DNA of 64,000 nt from Tetramitus jugosus (taxonomy: Eukaryota; Protista; Heterolobosea), in NCBI GenBank assembly GCA_937625935.1, contig OW569359.1, positions 310,001 to 374,000 on the forward strand. The letters are read 5' to 3'. The translations under genes were made by a program, and so were the position numbers. Positions 11,596 to 23,600 of the stretch are shown here, piece after piece. The notes below the pieces were generated by a model. The model ran no database searches and was not told the origin of the DNA. It saw only the letters and a list, made by a program, of their open reading frames with translations. How positions within the stretch are numbered: the stretch's first letter is position 1; the number at the start of each line of letters is the position of its first letter.

Positions 11596-11639
11596 TTTTT
11601 ACCTTTTTTGCGTTTCTGTTGCGCAAACACCAACAAAAC

Positions 11640-14600
11640 ATGATCAACACGAGATCTCTCTCAAGATGCCTGTCCTCATCAAGGTCTCCTCACTTGTTAA
11701 AGCAGCAGCAACCATCTCATCGCATCACCCTCAGCCATGACTTTTCAATCACTCCCAGTGCCTTGCTTCGAAATTATCATCACCATTATTTTTCACATAT
11801 TGTCTCCCCTGCTACTACTATAACACCCACTACTCATTCATCACTGATTCATTTTCAGTATCGATCCTATCATCAACAACCTCCTCGTCTTGCAAAACGA
11901 TCAGAGGATTCATCATCAACAGCATCATCATCATCATCTGCAGAAGAGATGACAATGAGTCATCATGATGATGACAACACTGCAGTGAAAAAAAAGCCTA
12001 CGAAACGCAGTAGCAGCGGCAGCACGAGTGGAGGAGATTCAACCACAACAACTACTACTACAAGTGCCAAAAAAGCAATTCAACAATTGTCGTCTCAAAT
12101 CGAGTCCATTGCCAAAGGCAGAAAAGTCAGTTTGTTGATTGATGGAACACCATTGATTGTCAAGGCGTATCACGGCACAAGCAAAACTCTTTTGTCGACC
12201 AATGGTATACCCATCAATGCAGTGTTCACCTACGTCAAGACACTGTTGGGCATTGTGCAGAATTATCATGAATGGTTTGATCATGTAGGTGTGTTTTTTG
12301 ATTCTGGTAGGCCATCCTTTCGTGCTACGATTGATGAAAACTACAAGGGAAATCGTAGTGAGTCCGATTCGAATCTCAAGGTGCAATTTCCAATTGCAAA
12401 GAGAGCAACTGAGCTCATGGGACTGCCAGTGATTGAGAAGAGTGGATTTGAGAGTGATGATTTAATTGCAACGTTTGCAACAAGGGCAAAGGAAGAAGGA
12501 CATCTCGTGGTCATTCTGGGATCAGACAAGGATTTGATACAGCTCGTGAGTCAAGATCAAGTCATTGTTTTGAATCCAACAACAAACACAATTGTTCAGA
12601 GTGATGATGTCTCTCTAAAGTATGGCGTTCCACCGGAAAAGTTTACTTTTTATCAGGCACTTGTCGGTGATGCTGTTGACAATGTGAAGGGAGTGCCTAG
12701 TATTGGACCACTAACGGCACCAAAACTTGTCTCTCAATTCAATGACATTGAAGATATGATCCACCGAATTGCAGATACGCCATCTGTTTCGGCACGTTTG
12801 AGAAATTTGGTATTGAACCATCAAGAGAACGCGAGAATGGCTCACTTGTTAGTTACCCTTGATAGAAATGTGGAAACGGAGCAGACATTGAACGATTTAG
12901 ACGCTAGTCGTTTGAATTTGGAAAACTTGGCCAGCAATGAAGAATTTTTAGCATTTTTGAGGAATTACGAGTTCAAATCGATCATTAATCAGTTGACAAA
13001 TGTTGGAAAGAAAGGTAGCAGCGCTGCCGATACAAAAATTAACAAGTCATTATCTGTTGATGAATATGAATTGATTGACTGTGATGAGAAATTGGATCAG
13101 TGGATAAATACTATCAAACAAAAGAAGGTAGTCAGTTTTAAGACGCAATTATCAGTACACAAAATGCACGAGAATAACTTGATTGGTGTATCATTCGCGG
13201 TCGACCCAAAACACGCTTGCTATATTCCGCTGCAAGTAGGGGAAGATATTGATTTTCTAACATCAAAAAACACTCTGGCATCGAACCAATGGTTTCAACG
13301 AATTGCGAGAGAAGTGTTTGAAGATGCAAGTATTCAAAAGGTTGGACATAACGTCAAGGAAAATATTAAGAATCTGCATCCATATGGGGTCAAAATTAAC
13401 AACTTTGACGATATCATGGTTATGTCGTATGTGTTAAACTGTGGAAAACATAACCATGATTTCGACACTCTAATTCAACACAAACTGGGCGAAGACCCAA
13501 AAGAAACATTAATACCTGAGAAAGAAGTGTTAGGTATCGGAAAAAAGAAAGTGTCTTTCGCTATGGCACCTATATCCTATGTCACACATTTTGTTGGACA
13601 ACAAGCAGATTATACATGCAGAATATATGACAAGTTACAACCAGAGCTCTCAGGTAATAAGAAGTTGACAATTTTCTATAACGAGATTGAGAAGCCGTTG
13701 GTTTCCACCTTAGCCGCCATTGAATTAAAGGGTGTATGTGTGGATCAACCAGGATTAGAGAGAATGCAGAATGAATATGCTGAGAAAATTTTTGAAACGG
13801 CCAATCTTATTCGTAAAGAAGCTGGATATCCAGAGATTTCGAAAGAAGAACTTCATATTCCCTCCGAGGATGAAGATCCTGATGCAAAACCTTCCAAGAG
13901 TGAAACTAGCGAGGAATTTAATGTTAACTCGAACAGACAATTAGGTGATGTGATTTTCAATAAGTTAGGATCTGGCAAGGAGTACGCAAAGCGATCTCAA
14001 AAGTCAAACGATTATGTTTTGAACTCTGAAACACTTCAACTCTTATCATCAAAAGGCATCGCAATCGCTGATTTCATTCTGCAGTACAGAGCCATGACCA
14101 AACTTTACAGCACCTATATATTTGGTTTGCAGCAACACATCAACCCTTATACGAACCGAATTCACACGACATTCCAAAATGCACTCACGGTTACTGGTCG
14201 ATTAAGTTCTGTATCTCCCAATCTCCAAAATATACCAATCAGAACAGCAGAAGGAAAAATGATTCGTCGTTCCTTTATTGCTCCTGAGGGTCATGTTATC
14301 ATGAAAGTGGATTACTCCCAGGTTGAGTTAAGAATTTTAGCCCATATCGCTCGAATTGATGTACTTAGAGATGCTTTTAAAAATGGCAAGGATGTGCATG
14401 CAATTACTGCCAGTCAAGTTTTTAAGGTTCCTGTCCAAGGAATGGACAAGAGTCTCAGAAACAAAGCCAAAGCTATTAACTTTGGTATTATTTATGGAAT
14501 GAGTGAGTATGGATTAGCGAAGCGAATTGACGTAGAAGTTGCAGAAGCCAAAAGATTTATCAACTCCTATTTCCAACAATATCCAGGAATTCAAAAGTAC

Positions 14601-14999
14601 ATGGAGAACACCAAATCGTTCTGCCGTGAACATGGCTATGTCAATACTCTGTTTGGTCGAAAGTGTTGGATTCCAGACATTAATAGCGAGAATGGAAGCA
14701 AGAGAGGTTTTGCAGAAAGAACATGCATCAACACGCCCATTCAAGGTACTTCAGCTGACATCACAAAGATTGCCATGAATCGTCTCTACGCAAAGTTCAC
14801 TGAACTTCAGTTGAAAACCAAAATGATCATTCAAGTGCACGATGAAATTGTGTTCGAAGTTCCGCTCGATGAAGTAGAAATTGTGAAACCAATTATCCGA
14901 GAACTCATGGAAGGAGCCGCCAATGAAGTCAACTTTAGTGTTCCCTTAACTGTGGATATTGACGTGTCACAAAGGTGGTTAAACGATCAAGGAGAATAA
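11640..14999 (+). CDS. polA: Family A DNA polymerase I-like, probably mitochondrion-targeted (5'-3' exo + 3'-5' exo-like + polymerase)
   Basis: LLIDG, YKGNR, FESDDLIAT, ALVGDAVDNVKGV; TGRLSSVSPNLQNIP, DYSQVELRILAH, KAINFGIIYG, QVHDEIVFE; Arg/Ser-rich acid-poor N-terminus from ATG 11640. Confidence 0.93.
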   Translation: MINTRSLSRCLSSSRSPHLLKQQQPSHRITLSHDFSITPSALLRNYHHHYFSHIVSPATTITPTTHSSLIHFQYRSYHQQPPRLAKRSEDSSSTASSSSSAEEMTMSHHDDDNTAVKKKPTKRSSSGSTSGGDSTTTTTTTSAKKAIQQLSSQIESIAKGRKVSLLIDGTPLIVKAYHGTSKTLLSTNGIPINAVFTYVKTLLGIVQNYHEWFDHVGVFFDSGRPSFRATIDENYKGNRSESDSNLKVQFPIAKRATELMGLPVIEKSGFESDDLIATFATRAKEEGHLVVILGSDKDLIQLVSQDQVIVLNPTTNTIVQSDDVSLKYGVPPEKFTFYQALVGDAVDNVKGVPSIGPLTAPKLVSQFNDIEDMIHRIADTPSVSARLRNLVLNHQENARMAHLLVTLDRNVETEQTLNDLDASRLNLENLASNEEFLAFLRNYEFKSIINQLTNVGKKGSSAADTKINKSLSVDEYELIDCDEKLDQWINTIKQKKVVSFKTQLSVHKMHENNLIGVSFAVDPKHACYIPLQVGEDIDFLTSKNTLASNQWFQRIAREVFEDASIQKVGHNVKENIKNLHPYGVKINNFDDIMVMSYVLNCGKHNHDFDTLIQHKLGEDPKETLIPEKEVLGIGKKKVSFAMAPISYVTHFVGQQADYTCRIYDKLQPELSGNKKLTIFYNEIEKPLVSTLAAIELKGVCVDQPGLERMQNEYAEKIFETANLIRKEAGYPEISKEELHIPSEDEDPDAKPSKSETSEEFNVNSNRQLGDVIFNKLGSGKEYAKRSQKSNDYVLNSETLQLLSSKGIAIADFILQYRAMTKLYSTYIFGLQQHINPYTNRIHTTFQNALTVTGRLSSVSPNLQNIPIRTAEGKMIRRSFIAPEGHVIMKVDYSQVELRILAHIARIDVLRDAFKNGKDVHAITASQVFKVPVQGMDKSLRNKAKAINFGIIYGMSEYGLAKRIDVEVAEAKRFINSYFQQYPGIQKYMENTKSFCREHGYVNTLFGRKCWIPDINSENGSKRGFAERTCINTPIQGTSADITKIAMNRLYAKFTELQLKTKMIIQVHDEIVFEVPLDEVEIVKPIIRELMEGAANEVNFSVPLTVDIDVSQRWLNDQGE

Positions 15000-15194
15000 A
15001 GAAACATTTATACCTGCGGGATGTTACTGCGTAATCAAGAACATGCGCAGAAACCCCTTGCGCACAAAATCTTCCTATTTCATGACCGGGTCAAGAATCT
15101 CCAGTTCCTTCATCAGGCAATAACAAAGAAAAACAACGGAAGTGGAACAAACAACAGACACAACAACATTGAGCTATTTATTGATAAAATCAGC

Positions 15195-15821
15195 ATGTCA
15201 TCCATTATTGCCCAACAACTCGGTAAACCCCAAGGCTTTCTATCAAGGATCGCAGCATGGTTCTTCACAATCAACAACGACTCCAACACCAAATGGGTCA
15301 TTCAACAATTGGATGTCCAACCAGGATCTAAAGTGTTGGTCATTGGCTTTGGCACAGGAACAGACATCTCTGAATTTGTTGAAAGAGTTGGATCTACCGG
15401 CTTGGTCTACGGTGTTGAAGTTTCAGAAGACATGCTGCATGTAGCATCAGACAAGAACAGAGAAGCAATCGATCAAGGAATTGTAAAACTTTCGATTGCA
15501 GACGCACAAAAACTTGCAGCAGAAGACTACCCAAAATTCGACTACATTTTCCATGCCAATGTCATCTATTTCTGGGATGAACCCGTGGAGGTATTCAAGA
15601 GCCTCAGTCACTTGCTCAACGATCAAGGAAAGATTGTTTCGTGTGTCATTGGTGAGACCCTGATGACAAAAGTGGCCACAAAGCATTTCAAGAGGCAAGC
15701 TCTGGATGATGCCAATCAGATTGAGCAGTACGGCATACAGGCCAATCTCAATCACACTAACACTGACACCAACTCGCACATATCCTATGTCATTCACACT
15801 CAACCATCCAATAAACAATAA
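15195..15821 (+). CDS. Class I SAM-dependent methyltransferase
   Basis: VLVIGFGTG motif I, VYGVEVSEDML, FDYIFHANVIYFW, LLNDQGKI. Confidence 0.85.
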   Translation: MSSIIAQQLGKPQGFLSRIAAWFFTINNDSNTKWVIQQLDVQPGSKVLVIGFGTGTDISEFVERVGSTGLVYGVEVSEDMLHVASDKNREAIDQGIVKLSIADAQKLAAEDYPKFDYIFHANVIYFWDEPVEVFKSLSHLLNDQGKIVSCVIGETLMTKVATKHFKRQALDDANQIEQYGIQANLNHTNTDTNSHISYVIHTQPSNKQ

Positions 15822-15949
15822 AATTGTAAAATCTGATTACTCCTTCTTTGTTTCGCTTCCAGCAAATTCTGGAAGAATCACCACAATCTCAAGTTGTTCC
15901 AACCAAAAATCAACAACGAGAAGCATTTTTGTTAGTGTGGCATTATGTA

Positions 15950-18739
15950 ATGGCTCGCGGATCCAGCAGAAAGAGGACCAACAACAACAATAGAAGCAAT
16001 AGCTCCAGTAGCAGCAATCACTCCCAAGCTGATGCCATAACAAACAGCATCAATCCAACCATCCTTCAATGCCTTCAAGAGTTTGAACAAGAAGCTCAAC
16101 AGAGAAATCAAGACAAGTATCTGTTTACGATACGTAAGGCCATTCGTTCCGTCCAAAAGTATCCTCTTCCTCTTCTGAATGGTCAACAGTGTCGCATGCT
16201 CGAAGGCATTGGACCTGTTCTCGCTCAAAAAATTGATTTCTGGTTGAAGAAGAAGGGATTGTGGCAAGAGGAGCCACAAGAAAAAGAGCAACAAGAAGAA
16301 GAGGAAGCATATAATGGAGACGGTGCTGATGACTATCATCATGGTGGTTCAAGTCAAGCAACAAATGCATCCTCACAACAACAGAGCCAACGAGCAGAAG
16401 AGTCTCAATCTTCGCAACAGCAGCACACCATGTCACAGCAACAAGCAAGTGCTTCTCGTGCGTCCAGCAGGCAACAATCCAGTACTGCGTTGGTTCCACC
16501 GCCAAAGAAAGCAAAGAGCAATAGAAAATATATTCCCAAGTTCAAGTCTGCACCATGGGCAATGCTCATTGCGCTATATAGACACTACAAGAAGGATAAG
16601 AAGAGTAAGCAGAAGAGTCCTGCTGGACTGACAAAATCGGAACTGATTGCTCAGTGTAGTCACATGTCAGACACTCCCATGGTGGCTGCGTCGTCCGGTA
16701 AACGCAAGACTTATAGCTATTGTGGATGGAACTCGATGAAATCGACACTCATGGAAAAGAAACTTGTGTCAAAGGGTAGAGGAAGATCTCATCGGTTTGC
16801 ACTAACTCCCGATGGATTAAAACTAGCCAGAAAATTACATATTGGTGCTCTTGAGCTGTTTGATAAGCGCAGGGATGACGATGATGAATGGAGTGATGCA
16901 ACTGATGTGGAGGATAGTGAATCGAGTGAAGAAGAGAACGAAAGTGAGGAAGAAACAGAAAGTCGACAGCTATCTCCACAGAAACGTGTGAGTCGCTGTG
17001 TAGCTCGTTCACCATTGCCTTCGTTGAGCACAGCGAATACTGCATCGAGTAGTACTGATATTTTGGAGATTAATAGTGATGATAGCGAAGACGATCAAGA
17101 CATGATGGATACAAATCTACTATCACATATCGCTTCACAGCCACGTGATACGAACCAACGCGCATCATCTATCGTTCGTCAATCCTCTTCTTCTCAAGTA
17201 ATCAGTCCCAAATCTCCTACTACCAATCGTGATAAGGTTTCCCCTCAAGAAAAACTGCGGATGAGCTATTTGAATGCCTCTCACAAACCAGTTCCTTTCA
17301 AGGATCAAGCACAAGTGCATATTAGTAGTGAGCTTGGCCTTGTGTTTCTATGCCAGATTGTTGTTCCATCACACAATACAATTGACGAGTCAAAATTGGA
17401 AGAAAATCTAATCTCACTGAACAATAAGACTTCTTCTGCATTTATTGATATAGATCTGATGAAACGATTCCGAGAGCAAGATCAAAAGGAAGGATATGAG
17501 ATATTACTATGGTTGAGTGATGATGCCTGTGGAGAGTCTAGCGCTGATTTAGCGGAGCGGTTTTTCACTAATAAGCAGTCCCTCAAACTGTTCACTTCAT
17601 CTCATAGTATCACTACCCAGAACTCTCAAAGTGCTCACACTCTTCCATCATCACAACCAATACAAACAACATCAACTGCCCCTGTTTTCTTGTCTCAGAA
17701 AACAACATCAACCGAAACTAACAAGAAAAGAAAACGAAAACATGATGAATCAATTAATCTGGAGCTGACACAAATGGAGGATGTTTTCGATTTCCAGACC
17801 TATACTCAACCTAGTCAACAACCCTCGCATGGCGAGCCATCGTCTCAGCGGAGAAGGCTATCAAACTTCTCGGAAAACTATCAACTTATTTTAGTGGTCG
17901 ATCAAAGAGAGCGACATAATAATGATAGATCTTATATTGTACAACAATTAGAGAAGACTGGTATTAACGTAGAGTCTAGTCAACTTGGAGTTGGTGATTT
18001 CCTATGGATAGCCAGGTCAAAGGACCAGAAAGAAGAACACGTTCTAAACTTTATTATCGAGAGAAAGGCAGTAGATGATCTTGCGGCCAGTATTGTTGAT
18101 GGCCGGTACAAAGAGCAAAGATTCAGATTGCGACAGATTTCAGAAGACCAACAAGCCGGACATGACCTCACACCCGCTTCAGCATCTTGCTTAAATGTAA
18201 TTTATCTCATTGAGGGTGAATACAGTCGTCAAAAGCGACTTCCTGTCAAAAATATTCAGAATGCCCTGGTCAGACTTCAAGTATCAGATCAATTCCAGGT
18301 TAAACAAACCCTTAGTATTGCTCAATCTATAGAATATCTAGCGAATATGACAAAAGTTATGGAAAAACTATTGCAAGACAAAGGATTAGATTACTGTCGT
18401 TTAGTTTTGGAGGATGATGGTGAGATATTTGAACCTAACTTAAGACAATTTAATTGTTATGCAACCAAATCGGGTTCTGATCAAAGAAATTTATCACCAT
18501 CACATCTGTTCGCTAGACAACTTTGTTGTATCCATGGTTGTTCGCCTCAGATCGCCAAAGCAATCATCGAGAGATTCGCAAGTAATGCCAGGGATTTTAT
18601 AGAAAAGGTGAGTTCGAAAGAAGGAATTGAACAACTGAGCAATGTCAAGATACCCTGTGGCCGGTTTCAGGGAGTTAGTGTCCGCAAAATTGGTCCTGCC
18701 CTCAGCAAGTCACTAGCTTCTTACTACACCTCTTCGTAA
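15950..18739 (+). CDS. MUS81: Crossover junction endonuclease MUS81
   Basis: N-terminal HhH (KYPLPL...LEGIGP), winged helix (YIPKFKSAPWAML), ERCC4 nuclease GDFLW...IIERKAVDDLAASIVDGRYKEQRFRL, C-terminal HhH (RKIGPALS). Confidence 0.93.
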   Translation: MARGSSRKRTNNNNRSNSSSSSNHSQADAITNSINPTILQCLQEFEQEAQQRNQDKYLFTIRKAIRSVQKYPLPLLNGQQCRMLEGIGPVLAQKIDFWLKKKGLWQEEPQEKEQQEEEEAYNGDGADDYHHGGSSQATNASSQQQSQRAEESQSSQQQHTMSQQQASASRASSRQQSSTALVPPPKKAKSNRKYIPKFKSAPWAMLIALYRHYKKDKKSKQKSPAGLTKSELIAQCSHMSDTPMVAASSGKRKTYSYCGWNSMKSTLMEKKLVSKGRGRSHRFALTPDGLKLARKLHIGALELFDKRRDDDDEWSDATDVEDSESSEEENESEEETESRQLSPQKRVSRCVARSPLPSLSTANTASSSTDILEINSDDSEDDQDMMDTNLLSHIASQPRDTNQRASSIVRQSSSSQVISPKSPTTNRDKVSPQEKLRMSYLNASHKPVPFKDQAQVHISSELGLVFLCQIVVPSHNTIDESKLEENLISLNNKTSSAFIDIDLMKRFREQDQKEGYEILLWLSDDACGESSADLAERFFTNKQSLKLFTSSHSITTQNSQSAHTLPSSQPIQTTSTAPVFLSQKTTSTETNKKRKRKHDESINLELTQMEDVFDFQTYTQPSQQPSHGEPSSQRRRLSNFSENYQLILVVDQRERHNNDRSYIVQQLEKTGINVESSQLGVGDFLWIARSKDQKEEHVLNFIIERKAVDDLAASIVDGRYKEQRFRLRQISEDQQAGHDLTPASASCLNVIYLIEGEYSRQKRLPVKNIQNALVRLQVSDQFQVKQTLSIAQSIEYLANMTKVMEKLLQDKGLDYCRLVLEDDGEIFEPNLRQFNCYATKSGSDQRNLSPSHLFARQLCCIHGCSPQIAKAIIERFASNARDFIEKVSSKEGIEQLSNVKIPCGRFQGVSVRKIGPALSKSLASYYTSS

Positions 18740-18809
18740 ATCGATTGCGGCAACTAAAGGTAACAAAACAAACTCTTTCTTTTTTATATGTACATTTTAT
18801 CTTTGAGAA

Positions 18810-20238
18810 TTATTCCAAGCAAACAATGGATACATCTGAGAAGGGAATATCGTTCTCCCTGGCAATGAGTTGTTCAAAGTTCCTTCTTTGATAGATTCCC
18901 AATGCACCTCCGTTGCTGTACCCATCGAAGCACTCGCTATTGCAGAGCAGAATATAGTCACTTGTGGCATCCAATTGTTTCACATCTTTCTTCCTGACAA
19001 TGGTTAACTCTTTTGGTGTGTAGACATTCATCTTGCTCTCGAATCCCAATCGTCCCTGCTCTCCTTTACCCCAAGTGAACACTCGACCGTCGTGAGTCAG
19101 TGCGGCCATATGATTCGATCCACAACAAATCTTGTTGACTTCGGTCAATGATGCGACTCTGGTTGGTTCCTTGACATAGTTTCGAGCATTGTTACCTAAT
19201 TGACCATAGGAATCATCTCCAAACGTGTACAACTCATCCGTGCTTGTGATTAAACCGGTAAAGAAATCACCACCCGATATGTATCGCACACGAGTGTTAA
19301 TGGTGAGCTTCACGGGAACCATTTGATCCTCTCCCCGGTACTTTCCCATAATGTACACAGTTCCAGAGCTATCCAACACCAACGAGTTATTGCATGCACA
19401 AGACACTTGCTCCACTCTCAAATAGTTTCTTCTGGCGGTTTCTCCGTTGAACAAGTGTTCAAAGAATTCTACTCTGGAAGGGTGGATCTGCGTTTCGAGG
19501 TTTGCATGTCCCAATCGACCATATTTTCCACTTCCAAACGTGTACACATGATAACTGCTGGCTGCTATACTGTGGCACGTACCAGTGGCAACAAACTTTA
19601 TCTCCGAGTCCATTTCAGCTAAAGATTTGATCACGGTGGGAACTTTGACGGGATTGGTGACATCTTCGTGTCCACATTGACCATAATCATTTTGTCCAAA
19701 GCTAATGACCTTTCCAGTATTCGTCACAAGAAGATTATGCCATCCTTTTAATAGAACAATACATGTGTTGCGAATCGCGTCGTGGTTGGTTAGTGATTAG
19801 GCACAACTTTGTCAACCGACAAAAAAATTGATATTAATAATAAAAAGACAAACCCTTGGTCGCAATCTCAACAATTCTTTCTGAGCCTTCACAAATCTTG
19901 TGTGTAATGTTGACAACTTGATCCATTGCGGCATCAAAGTTTCCAATTCCGTATCCCTTTCCCATAATATACAATTGATAATCTTCAGAGAGAATGAGCT
20001 GATGAGAAGCTCCAGCTTTAATCTTCCTTATCCTAAGGTTGTTGAAGAAGGGCTTGTACCTCTCAAAATGATGCCTGCTACCACCAAAGAAAAACAGTTC
20101 GTGCTTGTATTGTTTTTCATCAGCGGTCGGTGAAGTGGACTCTATGGCTTGATCCGCATCGGTCTGAGAATTGGAGGCAGCATTCGGCGCCGGTTGTGAT
20201 GACGCTGTCGTGATCACATGTAAATTTCGATTGTTCAT
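18810..20238 (-). CDS. RCC1-repeat protein, 2 exons, intron 19745-19853
   Basis: ORFs 19834-20238 and 18810-19727 join in frame through a GTTTGT...AAAG intron (IATKG|WHNLLVTNTG); repeats FGQNDYGQCG, FGSGKYGRLG, WGKGEQGRLG. Confidence 0.85.
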
Positions 20239-20517
20239 TTGGTTTTTGCTTATTGCTGTTGAAAATAGAGGTTAAGTGTTTGCGCAAACCTTGTTCAGAG
20301 TTAGGATAGATACTAAGTGTTTGTTATTCGTTGTCTGAGAGTACTCAACGTAGCTGATCCGAGTATTTTAAGTCAGAGGTGAGTTATGTTGATTATTTTC
20401 TTTTGGAATTTTAGCAAGTGATTAGAATTGTATAGTTTATAGTTCTGGCAAGCCGGCCAACCAAAACAAAAAAAAGAATTCCGCTCAAGTAAAAAAAGAA
20501 TTATTTTCTCCAAAATT

Positions 20518-20632
20518 ATGGCATCAGATCCAATCTCTCGCTTGCCTGGCATCCAAGGAGGATTGTAGGGAGAGGATGCCGTTTGAATCGCAAGATTAAA
20601 GGGGTGAATGGGCAGTGAGAGATGAGCTTTTT
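20518..20632 (+). ncRNA. Candidate structured small RNA (possibly Pol III), family unknown
   Basis: Terminal stem ATCTCTCGCTTGCCT/GGGCAGTGAGAGAT, hairpin GGCATCC..GGATGCC, AATC-GCAA-GATT GNRA hairpin, B-box-like GTTTGAATC, then TTTTT. Confidence 0.4.
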
Positions 20633-20686
20633 ATGTAAAATTGTGCTTTGACAAACGTACAATGGATGTCAACGGTCCAAATGTGT

Positions 20687-23600
20687 TTAGAGAACGAGGC
20701 CTCCTGGACTCTCTGATCCAAAGATATACTTCTTTCTCAGCTCATCACTGATTAGCATTGTGTGAGACTTATTGTACAATCTCTGAAGTGCGAACAGACC
20801 AGTTGTGAAGTGTTCGGCAGTGATCGATTCCTCATCATCACTGGACTCTTCATTGTTGCTGTCCTCGTCACTTTCAGAATCTTCGACTACTTCTCTTGGT
20901 GAGTACTCTCTCATGATCGCTCTCTGATACACTGTTCTGTATTGGAGCAACTCCGCAATCAACAGATCCTTTGCTCTGACCAAAACAAGTCTTGAACTAT
21001 CCAAGGCATGGGACTTGCAGTGGAACCAGAGTGGGCCATAGTTTGGATCAGCATTCACGCACAATTGCTCAATGTGAATGTTGCCCTCTTCTTCTTCCTT
21101 GCCAAAGTCACCATCTACGCTGTAGTGATGTTTGCCCATTCTTGGACCCTTACTCAACAGCTCCAATCTCAAGTACTCAATGAAGGAGTCACCGTATTGA
21201 GGAGTGAACTTGATAGCAAACTCCAGATATTGTCTGGCCTTTTGGAGATGGAATCTTGGAGATAGAGGATTCAATCGGATTCTTGCACCCTCACACCAAA
21301 CTTCTCCTGATTTAGGTACTTCACTCAAAGCTTGCTTAAAGACCCTCATTTGCTCCTCTTCTCCTTCACATTGCTTCAATTGGATGAGAACAGCCCAGAG
21401 TCTACCAGTTGATCTGTGAATCTCCAATGCTTTCTCAGCCTCAGCAATCGCTCTTTGAATTTGACCGGCTCTCATTTCCAGAAGAATACTCTCCAAGTAG
21501 ACCTTCCATTCATGTCTGGCCTCCTTTTGAGCTCTCTGTAAGTATTCGCGAGCCTTATTGATGTCAGATGAGTATTCCTCGAGTCTTGCACACTCAATGA
21601 GAACTACAGCCTTGGTCTTGGCTGGAACTTCAGTCAGAGCTCTACTGAGCAACATTCTGCTAATTTCCATGTTGCCAAAATTCAATTCAGTTCTGGAACC
21701 AGCGAGCCAGACTTTCCATCTCAGATTCTTCATACATGTCATGACAGACCTAGTGTATGATTTTCGAGAGAGATCCAAGTTACCAGCGCGTTCTTCGATT
21801 TGGGCACTTTCGAACCAAACCTTCCAAATGAGCTCCTTTGAAATGTTTTCAACAGCTCTTTGGATGCAATCTCTCACTTTTGTGAGATCAATCTTTGAAT
21901 TGTCGCTGTTGCATGCAATGAGAGCAAGCTTTTCATAGAGACGGAGAGCAGCGAACCAAAGAGGTCCATATCTTGGGTTGGCAAAGAGTCCCTTCTCAAC
22001 GATTTGAAGAGCACGATCATATTGTTCCATGCGTTCTTCCAATCGATACGCTTCATAGTACACAGGTCCGTGTCTTGAAACATTTTGCATCAAGTGCTTG
22101 AAAACTCTGCGAGCAATTTGAATGTTTCCGACTCTAGATTCAAGCAGAGCACCCTCGAGCATAATCTTCCAGCATTTTTCAAGTGGAACACCACGGAGTC
22201 TAGACAACAATGCTCTTGCTCCATTCATGTCATTCAATTGTTCAGCATATTGCTTGATACCCTTGATCAACAAATTTTCATTTGTTTGACAGTACTGAAG
22301 GCCACAGTTGATGAGATATTTGCATCTCTGCAAATTACCACACTCTTCCTCTAGCTTAGCATGCTCTAACCAACCCTGACTGGCTGTTGGTTGCAAAGTG
22401 TTCACCTTCTTGTAAAAGTTTCTTGCTTCAGTGATGAAATTGTGGCGCTTTGCATGTTCAGCCAAGAACAAGTAAACTCTCCACCAAATTGTGTTTGGAA
22501 CTCTTGCTTCAATGTTGTCAACAACAAACTGCTTCAGTGTTTCAAACACGTCTTCGTCTTCACCCTTTGCTTCTTCCAAAATTTGCTTCATGTCCTTCAG
22601 GAAATCCTTGTACATTTGACGACAATGGCTTGTTTCAACTGGAGGTGCATTGACAAGTGTGTCTGGTTCTGCGTTGAAGCTGAGAACTCTTGCTGGCTTT
22701 CCTCTGTTGTTACCAGCATTCTTGTTCTGTCCAGATTTTGAAGGAGAGCCTTGACCCTTGTTGTTCACATTGTGAACAGCATTGGAAGCTTGATTGTGGG
22801 CATTTGGACTTGAAGGTCCCTGACTGCTTCGTTTAATGTTCTCAAACCAGTCACGAGAAGGTGATTGAGGAGCGGTCTTGGGAACAAATGGTTGAATGAA
22901 AGGTTGAGCATTGTAATTGAGCTTGGAGGAAGCGGCGCTCGATTTCTTGGGGGAGGCCATTTTTTCCATGTCGGCGACTGGAAGGGGGACCTCTGTTGGA
23001 GCAAAAGTTTGCATGCTGTTCTCAGTCATCAAAGGCAAACTACCACCATTAGCTGACGAAAAAGCAAAAGTCTGACTACCAGTTCCAACAAATGGTTGAG
23101 CGCATTGAGAGATGATTGGTTGAGAAGGTTCATTGCCCTCAGGTAAGCTAAAAGGAATTGCATTCACAATTGATTGTTGCTTATTGTTGTTGCGTTGAGG
23201 TTGACCCCAAGTTCCCTCATTTGCAGCACCAGTCGTAGACCACCATTTGTTGTTGCTCTTGTTAGGAGGGGAACTAGGCTCAGAAAAAGTATGAGAGGAC
23301 CACATGTTAAAATTGGTCTGAGGACTCTGATGACTTGACTTACTTGTCCAAGGATCATAGCTTGTGAGTGTTGTAGGACCAGAGGAACTGAGTGGAGTAG
23401 CAGTTGGGTTCTGCGCATCAGAGGATGATGCAAAGCTTTGATGGAACAAAAGCTTTGACTGATATGGTTGTTGTTGTTGCTGCACTTGACTCAAATGATG
23501 TCTATGCATGGACACTGGAGAGCTCTTACTGAAAAAGCTATTGTTGATATCAGTAGAGGGCGCAGCCATTGACAAGTGTTGAGACGTCCATTGAGCATGA

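Noticed and set aside
11547-11639. N-terminal extension of the PolA ORF
   Set aside because: It overlaps tRNA-Gly and its terminator; ATG 11640 has a host-like leader and begins the presequence.
20538-20552. Resemblance to the U1 snRNA 5' end (CTTGCCTGGCA)
   Set aside because: It mismatches the invariant ACTTAC, and I found no U1 stem-loops or Sm site.
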